NCBI RefSeq assembly: GCF_006345805.1
Contig: NC_043005.1
Location: 90,148,001-90,212,000, forward strand
Reading direction: 5' to 3'
Source of the DNA: Octopus sinensis
Taxonomy: Eukaryota
Length of the DNA stretch: 64,000 bases
Part shown: one piece after another, positions 1-10,900 of the stretch
How positions within the stretch are numbered: position 1 is the stretch's first letter
Layout of the letters: the number at the start of each line of letters is the position of its first letter
Position numbers and translations under genes: made by a program
The notes under the pieces: generated by a model
The model's database searches: none
What the model saw: the letters and a program-made list of their open reading frames with translations, nothing else
Told to the model about the DNA's origin: nothing

Positions 1-297
1 CCTGGCCTAGGAACTGAAATTACGATCTAAAGATCATGAGCCTAACTACTAGGCCAAGCACCTCATGTGTCTGCATATTCTTTTTCTGTTTAATTTCTCT
101 TATTCCTTTCTGTTGAAGAGCACAAGCTTGAAACATAAAAGACTTCATTTCCCCCGAGTGTCAAACTAATACACTTGCTTGTTGTTCATACACCTGTCTT
201 CGTCTTTTGTTTTTCTATAAACTATAAACATACACAAAGTTGTTGGTATTAATAAGGGCATCCAGCCATAGAAACCATACCAAATCAGAGTCTTGAG

Positions 298-508
298 TAG
301 TGGTTCTCAACAGGAGGCCATAAGATTTGGGAAATAAATTGGTTATACCTCTACAATGCACCAAATATTTTCAATTTTAATACAATTCCTATTAATATTT
401 AATTATAAAAATATAAGATTTTTTAAAACATCAAATAGCTACAAGGCTCCATTGGAGTAAAATAGGAACCAAAGAGGTCCATAGGTGAAAAAAGGTTGAG
501 GAGCACTG
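298..508. mobile_element. Degenerate hAT-type MITE
   Basis: Imperfect TIRs TAGTGGTTCTCAAC / GGTTGAGGAGCACTG of the CAGTGGTTCTCAAC type, around an AT-rich non-coding interior. No clean 8-bp TSD. Confidence 0.45.
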
Positions 509-851
509 CTCCAGCATATGACAGAGTTCTTTGCCCCATAGGGACCCTATCACAACCATTCAACTCATTCAGTTTGGGGTTAAATGATGATGTAGACTTA
601 AGTGTTAGAAAGGGCATCAAAGCTGTAGAAACAATGCCAAAGCAGACTTGGAACCTAGCAGAGACTTGTCTGTTCTTGTCAAACTGTCCAAGTCATGTTA
701 GCACAGGTAAAAAAGAGTGCTAAATGAGAATATGAGGGACTTTGTTCAGCTTTTGCCTACCAAATCTACTCACAAAGCTATAGTGGTAGACACTTGCTGA
801 TGGTGTCACACAGTGGGACTGAGCCTGAAACCATGTACTTAGAGAATTCCA

Positions 852-1320
852 ATCATCATCATTGTTTAATGTCCACTTTCCATGCTGGCAAGCCAGAAGG
901 CTACATCAGGCTCCAATCTGATCTGGTATGGTTTCTACAGCTGGATGCCCTTCCTCATGCTAACCACTCCGAGAGTGTCGTGGGTGTTTTTTACATGCCA
1001 CTGGCATGAGGGCCAGCCAGGCGGTACTGGCATCGACCATGCTCGAATAGTGCATTTTATGTGCCACCGGCATGAGAACCAGTCAGGCAGCACTGGCATC
1101 GACCACATTAAAATAGTGCATTTTATGTGCCATGGCACGGGAGCCAGTCCAGTACGACTGGCATCAACCATGCTTGAATTGTGCTTTTTACGCGCCAGGA
1201 AAGTGGTACTGGCATCAGTTTATTGTCCAATGATTGAAGAGTACTCTTAAATGGGCTGTTTATACGACACTGGCACAGGCCACAGTTACGGTCTCACTTG
1301 GCTTTCAAGGTCTTCTCAAG
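852..1320 (-). mobile_element. 5'-truncated RTE-LINE 3'UTR copy
   Basis: (CAT)n tail plus the same body as the ORF2-bearing copy at 11335-12222. Confidence 0.75.
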
Positions 1321-1375
1321 CAAAAATATATTACTAAAAACTTGCATTTAATCCACCCTAAAAAGACATTAATAC

Positions 1376-1404
1376 CAGCAGAAGAATCTGAGAGCAAAAA
1401 GGCA
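1376..1404 (-). CDS. RIF1: Possible RIF1 micro-exon 27
   Basis: ttcattccacag|T GCC TTT TTG CTC TCA GAT TCT TCT GCT G|gtatta; 29 nt, phase 2 matches exon 26, giving YAFLLSDSSA. No homology support. Confidence 0.35.
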
Positions 1405-1912
1405 CTGTGGAATGAAATATTGCAATGCATTTACTGTGGTAATCCATGGTTACCAGAACTTTTACTTTTTTTTTTTATATCTTGGAGATAGAAAAGTCTC
1501 TTAATACTCCCACAAGACAGAATTTCAGGATATACATAAAAGGAATTTTTACCTTTTAGCCTTTGACTTGTTTTACTCATTAGACTATAATTAAGAATTT
1601 TTAGTAGCATGAATTGACCCCATTACTTTATCAGTCAAACTGCTAAGTTACAGGGATGTCAACACACCAACACCAGTTGTTAAGCGATGGTAGGGGACAA
1701 ACACACACGTATATACATATAAGACAAGTTTCTTTCAATTTCTGTGTACCAGATCCACTCACAAGGCTTTGCTCGGCCCAAGGTGCCATGCAGTGGGATT
1801 GAACTCGGAACAGTGTGATTGGGAAGCAAACCTCTTACTAGAAATACAACAGGTCATCTTACAAAAATAAGCACTTTGCTGCAGATTAAAGCATTTCCAG
1901 AAAAATACTCAC

Positions 1913-1966
1913 TACATGGAATCTTGAGACTGGTCAAGGCTGTTATACATGGCAGGAAGACAATAC
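1913..1966 (-). CDS. RIF1: RIF1 exon 26
   Basis: 54 nt, phase 2-2; YCLPAMYNSLDQSQDSM; donor gtgagt. Confidence 0.94.
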
Positions 1967-4900
1967 CTGTGACAAGAATAAATAAGCAAATAGATAAAAA
2001 TAAGGAAAAAGGTGGTAGGATGGATCTAATTACTTTAGCAGTGGTACGAGACTTTCAGTATGTCAACGACCATTTAAATCTATTTGATATATCTATTTTT
2101 TTTCATTTTGTGATATCTTAAGTCCTGTGCCAAATGCATGTAACTACAACTATGGCTGAGTCTTGAATTGCATAGAATTCTAATTTAAATAGAGTTGTTT
2201 GGGAGTGCAAAACAGGAACTCGGTACTCGATGTGAGAAACAAAGTTCAGCCCACTTTAATAAAAAAGAAACTCCTGTCAAAAGACTTCCGGTTGTTCTAA
2301 AACATATGTGATTATGAATTAGTTTTGAAATCTAACAATCTGATGTGTCCATTTATTTCCCATGACATCAATATTAATTTTATCTAAGTAGGTATAAAGC
2401 CTACCTTTAAAGTTGCCTCAAACACCAGTAAGAACATTAAAAAAAAAAAAAATGTTCAAAATTTCACCAGAATATTTGACACTTTTCTCAAGGAAATCAT
2501 TCATATTAAATGTTGTGTTCCTCATGCCCTTGGCTTATTGTCTGGCATATTCATGAGCAGTTTAATTCCATCAGTTGTAGCACACACTGGTCTAGCAATC
2601 AATATAATTAGTTGGTTTTTACAGATTTGGTTATGTTGGACAAGTCTGCAGAACAAAACATTGCCATTTATTTTTGTTCCGTGTCATGATGTCTGCAAAG
2701 CAGTGCATCCGCAGCGCTTACCACACCATTTCTTCCCACAAGAACCATCTAAATTAAATTGTTGTGGTAGCACACAACAATTTGACTTGGCAGGTTTCAT
2801 GCACACACACCAATACTCTCACTAACACTGCACAATTTCTGTCTTGGCTCACTTGTAGAACAAGGGAGATTCTTCTGAATCTCGCAAAAAAATACAAAAT
2901 AAAATGAACTGAAATTATTTACTTTCTCTCTTTCAGGACTTCCTTCTGGTGTTGAGTAAGGATTCGTCTTTTATTCTGAGGAGGTTCAATAACCACAAAA
3001 TCCTTCAAAGTAGAAATCAAAAACGATGTTAATTGCAGGTCACAGAAATAAATTTAATACAATGAATAAACTTCTTAATATTAAAATTCCAAAAACTACA
3101 ACAAGCTTACCAGAATAAGGTCCAATTGAGATTGTGGATTAAATCCTACCAAAATCACAAACAAGCTTAATATCTTAATATTGCCCTTAACAATAATAAT
3201 CCTTTCTAGTAAAGGCACAAAGCCTGAAATATAAGGGGAGGGGAGACTAGTCAATTACACTGGTCGCAGTGCTCCACTTATACTTTATTGACCCTGAAAG
3301 GAGGAAAGGCAAAAATCAACCTTGGTGGAATTTGAACTCAGAATGTAAAGATGGACAAAAGTATTTTGCCCAGTGTGCTAATGAGTTCTGCCAGCTCACC
3401 ACCTTAATAATAATGATGATGATGATGATGACTTTCAAATTTTAACACTAAACCAGCAGTTTTAGGAGGAAGTGTTGAATCAATTACATCAACCTCAGCA
3501 CTTGACTGGCCCTTAATTTTATTGATATTGAAAGGATAAAATGCAAACTTAAGTTTAGTGGCATTTGAACTCAGAAGAAATGCCACCAAACATTTTGTCT
3601 GATGATCTTATGATTCTGCTAGCTCCACTACCTCAGTGATGATTGTTGTTTCTAATTTTAGCACAAGGCCAGCAATTTTATTGGGGGGGGGGGACTAGTC
3701 AATTACATTGATTGAATTATTCTCAGCAAATGCAAGACCGAAAAGCCTACTGAAGAAAATTAAGAAGTGTGTATGTACATATGGTTTGGTGCCCATGCAG
3801 ATTAAAGGCATGTCGTGGTCATACAAGCTGTGTCCATTTCCAATCCCTGAAAATACATCTGGCCATGGGGAAATATTACCTTGCTTGGTGACAGGTGAGG
3901 ACTAGCAACAAAAAGGGCACCTGGCTACTTGTAGAAATTTGATTCAATAAATTCTGTCCAACCCATGCAAGTATGGAAAAATTGCTATTAAAACAACGTT
4001 AATGGTGATCAAAAAATAAAAGGAAATATTAAGAGAGTTTTTATATAAAAGTTATTCAAAAATATATAATTTTACCTGATCTTTCATATCACCAATTGAT
4101 AACCTTTTTATCACACTGGCTACAGGCTTGTGTTTACAAAGAATACTTGGTTTTTTCGGAGAAGGGATATTCTTTAACAGACTCCCATGCATTTTATTTG
4201 GAGAGACCGGAGCAGGAACAACTTCGTCAGATACCTGGGAACTTGCCTGAAATTAAAACCAAATATGTAAGATACGGTTAAGGTAGCTGGACTTTGCATA
4301 ATTGGTTATATGTTCAAATCATGAAGACAGCTTGTTGCGTGCCAACATCATCAACCCTGGACATTACTGCCTTTGAGTTCCAGGACACGAGGGTCAGATC
4401 ACCCACTTTGCATAGAATATGAGTGACTGAGGTTACAATAGTCCCTCTGAAATGGGATGCCATTCCATTGCAGGATCAGTCATTTACAGCAGAATGAACT
4501 AGAGCAACATGAAAAGAAGTTTCCCAACCCAGGGATTGAAACCATGATCTTATGGTTGCAAGTGCAACACCTTGACCACTGAGCCACACATCCTCACTAG
4601 TTCTGTCTGCAACCAAGAAATGCTTTGCCTGCCCAAGAATTCCTGGCTTACAGAACGTTTCAATTCACTAGTAACTTTTCTAGAAGATTTTTTAATCTTT
4701 TACTTCTTTCATTCAATAGATTGCAACCATACTGGAGCAGTGCCTTGAAGTTATAAGTCATTACATCAACACCAGTAGATATTTTATTAACTCAGTGAGG
4801 AATTAAAGACAAAGTGAACCTGTGTAGGGTTTGAAGTCATAATAACCAAATGCTACTAAGTATTTTATTCAATGTTCTACATATTCAGCCATTAGATATT

Positions 4901-7900
4901 CATAAAACTATATAACAATAATAATGGTTTCAAACTTTTGCAGCCAGTAATGTTGGAGGAGAGGGTAAGTCAATTACATCAACCCCAGCATTCACCTGGT
5001 ACTTATTTTATCAATCCCAAAAAGGGACAAAAGGCAAAGTTGACAAGCATTTTGCCCAGCATGCCAACCCATTGCCCTTAACAATTATAATCCTTTCTAG
5101 TAAAGGGGCACAAGGCCTGAAATATAAGGGGAGTAGACTAGCCGATTACACTGGCCCCAGGGTTTCACTGGCATTTTATTGACCCTGAAAGGATGAAAGG
5201 TAAAAATCAACCTTGGTGGAATTTGAACTCAGAATGTAAAGATGGACAAAAGCATTTTGCCCAGTGTGTTAATGATTCTGCCAGCTCACCACCATAATAA
5301 TAATTGTTTCAAATTTTAACACTAAACCAGCAGTTTTAGGAGGAAGTGTTGAATTAATTACATCAACCTCAGCACTTGACTGGTCCTTAATTTTATTGAT
5401 ATTGAAAGGATAAAATGCAAACTTAAGTTTGGTGGCATTTGAACTCAGGAGAAATGCCACCAAACATTTCGTCTGATGAGCTTATGATTCTGCTAGCTCC
5501 ACTACCTCAGTAATGATTGCTGTTTCTAATTTTGGTACAAGGCCGGCAATTTTATGGGGGGAGACTAGTCAATTACATTGATTGAAGTATTTAGCTGGTA
5601 TTTTATTTACCCGCCAAAAAATGAACTCAGGACCTGAAAAGCAGGACAAATACTAACAATTCCGCCAGCTTACCATTTTAATAATAATAATCTTTTACTG
5701 AAAGCATAAGGCCTGAAATTTTGGTGGGGAGGGAACTAAGTGGGTACATAAGTTAAATAGCCCATGTGAAAAAAACATTTGAGCATGGCCGTTGCCAGGA
5801 CCGCCTGACTGTCCCTTGTGCCAGTGGCACATAAAAAGCACCCACTACACTCTCGGAGTGGTTGGTGTTAGGAAGGGCATCCAGCTGTAGAAACTCTGCC
5901 AGATCAAGATTGGAGGCCGGTACAGCCATCTGGTTTTCCAGACCTCAGTCAAATAGTCCAACCCATGCTAGCATGGAAAGCAGATGTTAAATGATGATGA
6001 TGATGACACACATGCATACATATAATTACATTTAGACACACACACACACACACACATCAAAATTAAGAACAAGTGTGGCCAAAGCCCACTTGAACTCAGT
6101 ACAATACATAATGCTCTTAATGTCCAGAATGTAAAGAATATGTATTGAGAGGTAGAGGCCATGGCTGTTTGGGCTCCAAGTCCAGTTCTACAGCACGACT
6201 ACTGGAGCAAGTGTTTTCTACTTATAGCCCAAGGCCAACCAATATATTGTGAGAGAATTTAGTAAAAAGAGACTGGCAAGAAGCCTTTCATCTGTATGCA
6301 TGTGCAAGTATGCACCAGAGCCAATGTTTGCACTATTACAGTCACAAACGGTGACAGTTGCTGACATTTCCCTGTCAACATCATCCATTAGCTCTGCATT
6401 TTGAAATTCCTCTAAAATAAACAATCCCAAATACCCTACATGATAAAGGGGTATTTCTTATTTCTTTACTACCCACAAGGGGCTACACACAGAGGGGACA
6501 AACAACAGACAAGCGGATTAAGTCGATTATATCAACCCCAGTGCATAACTGGTACTTATTTAATCGACCCCAAAAGGATGAAAGGCAAAGTCGACCTCAG
6601 CGGAATTTGAACTCAGAATGTAGCTGCAGACGAAATATGGCTAAGCATTTCCCCCGGCATTCTAACATTTCTGCCAGCTCACAGTCTTCCATAAAGAGGT
6701 ATTTCTTGGCATCAGGAAGCCTTCAGCCATAAAATTCTTGCCATAAACACATCACCATCTAAGCCATACAAGAATGGAAACACCGATGTTGAAGAAACGC
6801 ATGAAGAAATAAGAATAAAGAGCTTACCTGACTATACTGACTGGTAGGTGTTTCTTCAATCACATGAATTTCTGTGCTTATCCAGCCTGGCAATCTGATT
6901 ACCATTTTCTCTTTCACTTTGGCTAAAGCACGACTGCAGAACAAAATAATAATAATAATAGTTTCAAATTCTGTCAAAGTCAGCAACTTCAGAGGAAGGA
7001 GTGAGTCAATTATACCAACCCCAAAAGGATGTATGGCAAAGGTGACCATCAGAGAATTTGAACTCAGAAAGTAAAGATATATGAAAAGCCACTAAGCATT
7101 TTGCCCAGCAAGCTAACAATTCTGCCAGCTTACAACCTTAACAACAATAATGGTTTCTGATTTAGGCAAAGGTCAGCAATTTTGAGGGGACAGAGTTAGT
7201 CAAAATCCTCAACCCAGCTCGTGGGAAATTGAACTCAAAATGTAAAGAGCCAACAAATTTCAGGAAAGGGTTAAATCAATACCACTGAGCCAAGTAGTTG
7301 ACTGGTTGACCAACCACAAAAATAAAATATGAAATGCAAAATCAATCTCAGTGGAATATGAACACAGAATGTGAAGAGCAGAGCACAAAAGAAATATTGC
7401 TAAGCAGTTTCTCCAACATGTTAATGATCCTGTCAGCTAATTGACCTAATAACAATAATTTCAAATTTTGGCACAAGGCCAGCCATTTTAGGGTAGTGGG
7501 TAAGTCAGTTACATCAACCCCAAATGGTTGAAAGGCAAAGTGAACCTAGGTGGAATTTGAACTCAGAATGTTAACCCTTTTGTTACCAAACTGCCCAAAG
7601 CCGCTCGAAAAAAATTTTGGTTAATGTGACTAAGCCGCCCGTATTTACCTATTCATATTTAAATGAGAATATCAGAGCAAATCTCTTTAGTACATTCGTG
7701 AAAACACGTGATTATGCTTCGTAAACAGTTCATCTACAGTTTTGTACAACGATCGAAGTGTAATTTTAATTCCGTGAATTTTGGGAAATTTTTTTCCAAA
7801 ATTTGTTCCTAATGTGTTTTCAAAATTTGTAATTCTGACAAAAAATGGATACAAATTTCATTATATCAAGCAGCGAGTCAGAATTCGAAGGCTTTTCTAC

Positions 7901-10900
7901 TGAAGACCTTGATAAATCTAACTCTATGACTGAAAAAAAAAAGCACGTGGTATTTGATAATGAATCCGATGTTTCATTTTCCGAAAATGAAAGCTGTGAA
8001 TCAGAGAGCTCCGACAGCGGACAGCGATAAAGAAAATGAATTGGCACCTGAATGGAGTGAAAATTTAAAAACTGTTTCTTTCAGTGATTTTTCTGAAGAA
8101 ACTGGACCAAGCCACAGTCTTTCCCAGGAGAGTAAAGCCTTAGACTATTTCTTTTTACTTTTTCGAATGAGCCTATTTGAAATCATTACGGCGGAAACGA
8201 ACCGTTACACTAAATGTAAACAAAGCGAAAGAAAGGAAACCTTAAATGAAATTAAGGCCTATTTTGCCATAAATATTATTATGGGTATCAGAAAGTTACC
8301 CATAAATATTATTATGGGTATCAGAAAGTTACCCATAAATATTATTATGGGTATCAGAAAATTATGGCAGAAATGAACCGTTACGCTAAATGTAAACAAA
8401 GCGAAAGAAGGGATAGTTTGTGGTTTCCCACAACCTTAAATGAAATTAAGGCCTATTTTGCCATAAATATTATTATGGGTATCAGAAAGTTACCCAGAAT
8501 AACAAATTCTATAGTAAAATTTTGTTGTATACCCAATTGAATATTAGCTAATAACCCATTTTCTATAGCGATGTTTGAACAAAAATTTTAATAATTTTAT
8601 ATTTTGTTGAATTTACCTGTATCTACCTGCAATTATAGTATAGAATTGGTTGAGAACATTTCATTAAATTATCTTCCAAAAATAACAATATATTGATAAA
8701 TAAAAAAGCTATAGTTGTTTAATGAAACCAGACTAAATTTATGATTATGTTAGAAATTAATTGAAACACATAAGGGGTGTATTTTGGTCAGAAATATAGT
8801 AACGAAAGGGTTAAGATAGATGAAATGCCACTAAGCATTGTTGTCTGGTGTGCTAACGATTCTGCCAGCTTGAAGACAAGAGCAAGACCAAAAATTTGAA
8901 GAAAAGGAACAATCAGTTCATAACAAACACAGGACTTGACCGATATTTTAAAGTCCAGAAGGATGAAAGGCAATAATAATGATGTGGTGGTGTATACAAG
9001 AATATTTTCAATTTAAGCAAAAGACATTTTGAGAAAGAGAAAGCATCAAACCAGCCCCAGGAAGATGAAAGCAAAGTTGACCAAGCCAGGATTTGAACTT
9101 AGAACTAAATATTAAGAAAGCCATTTAGTCTGACACTCAGCTGATTCTGCTATCCACCAGTGTTTACATGAAATAAGAGGAGTCATGGAAGCAGCCTCTT
9201 TATGGAAACACAATTTGTTAAAAATTATAGTCAAACCCAGGCGTAGGAGTGGCTGTGTAGTAAGTAGCTTGTTTACCAACCACATGGTTCCGGGTTCAGT
9301 CCCACTGCGTGGCACCTTGGGCAAGTGTCTTCTACTATAGCCTTGGGCCGACCAAAGCCTTGTGAGTGGATTTTGTAGACGGAAACTGAAAGAAGCCCGC
9401 CGTATATATGTATATGTATATGCTTGTGTGTGTGTCCCCCCAGCATCACTTGACAACCGATGCTTGTGTGTCTACGTTGCCGTAACTTAGCGGCTCGGCA
9501 AAAGAGACCGATAGAATAAGTACTAGGCTTACAAAGAATAAGTCCTGGGGTCGATTTGCTCGACTAAAGGCGGTGCTCCAGCATGGCCACAGTCAAATGA
9601 CTGAAACAAGTAAAAGAGTAAACCTCACCCCATTGTCTTTTACTAACAAGGCACATGAGGTGTAGAAAGAGGGTTAGGGAGGATCATCATGGCAGGTCTG
9701 CTTTTGATTGTAAGTCAGCTGGAGCGAGACTGACCCGGGGCTAAACAAAAACACAAGAAACAAGATGGCTTATATCCAATTCTAAGAAAACTAATTAAAT
9801 TCCAAAAACACTTACCGTAGAGAATCTGTATAAGCTAGTGAAGGAGTTTGGCTGAAAGTGGCCTTCCATAACTGAACTGTTTGATTTTTGATGAATCTCC
9901 GTGGGTGAAGAAAGTTTACTTCCAGTAGTGGTGCCAAAACATTCAGAAAGTCTGTATCATACATACCTTTATAGGTATTCTGTATACTGTTGATAACATC
10001 TTGCCATAATTTGTCATGCTAAAACATTGGAATGGGAAAAAAAAATATTTGAATCATTTATTTTCTTCTAAAATGAAATTAATTATATAACAGCATAAAG
10101 AAATTCCCATCACCACAATTACTCTCTATCTACTTGTGTCGTTATCAGCATTAACTGATACGCAAGTAATTAATCTGTAGCAAGTGACTGAGCCTCATCT
10201 TGATGGGTGCAAGTACCTGAGGTGGCTGCTCAGGCCAACAACAGTAATAGAAGAGCCAGGGGTGGGTTGGTGAAGGACAAGGAAGTGCAAGACGCTCTTA
10301 ATGATCGTTGGTGATTATGTATAATGTGAGAAATTTAATTAAGAGCATCCAAACCAATTTTGGGAAATTCGATGACAGGCATGAGCACCATACGAGCGTG
10401 ATCGTTGACAGAGCGGCTAACCGGCTTCTGTGCCAGTAAAACACATAAAAGGCACCATTCGAGTGTGATCGTTACCAGCGTTGCCTTACTGGCACTTGAG
10501 CCCTGTGCTAGTAGGGTGCTAAGAGCACCATCTGAGCGTGATCATTGCCAGAGCGGCTAACTGGCTTCCATGCTGCTAGCATGTAGGAGGTACCATTCAA
10601 GCGGGATCATTACCAGCATCACCTTGCTGGCACCTGTGCTGTTGGCATGTGTAAAAAGATTTGAGCAAGGTCGTTGCCAGTACCACCTGACTGGCACCCG
10701 TGCCGGTGGCATGTAAAAGCACCCACTACACTCTAAGAGTTATTGGCGTTAGGAAGGGCATCCAACTGTAGAAACCCTGCCAGATCAAGACTGGAGCCTG
10801 GTGCAGCCATCTGGTTCGCCAGCCCTCAGTCAAACCGTCAAACCCATGCTAGCATGGAAAGCGGACGTTAAACGATGATGATGATAACTCAAGTATAAAA

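Noticed and set aside
106-142. Hammerhead-like string CUUUCUG-UUGAAGA-GC..GCUU-GAAA-CA-UA-AAAG
   Set aside because: Position 3 is not C, stem III is broken and stem I needs a bulge. Too degenerate to claim alone, though it may be a decayed relative of the 49.5 kb motifs.
2538-2870. Cys-rich minus-strand peptide (CVCMKPAKSNCC..SCGKKWCGKRCGCTAL) and plus-strand ORF 2538..2825
   Set aside because: Flanked by stops and not needed for RIF1 phase continuity. Possibly a transposon Cys-rich tail remnant, but unassignable.
9241-9320. tRNA-like sequences (also 28610-28686, 52034-52125, 59120-59196)
   Set aside because: A/B boxes are present but there is no complete cloverleaf, and each continues into a SINE body and tail. 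These are SINE heads, not tRNA genes.
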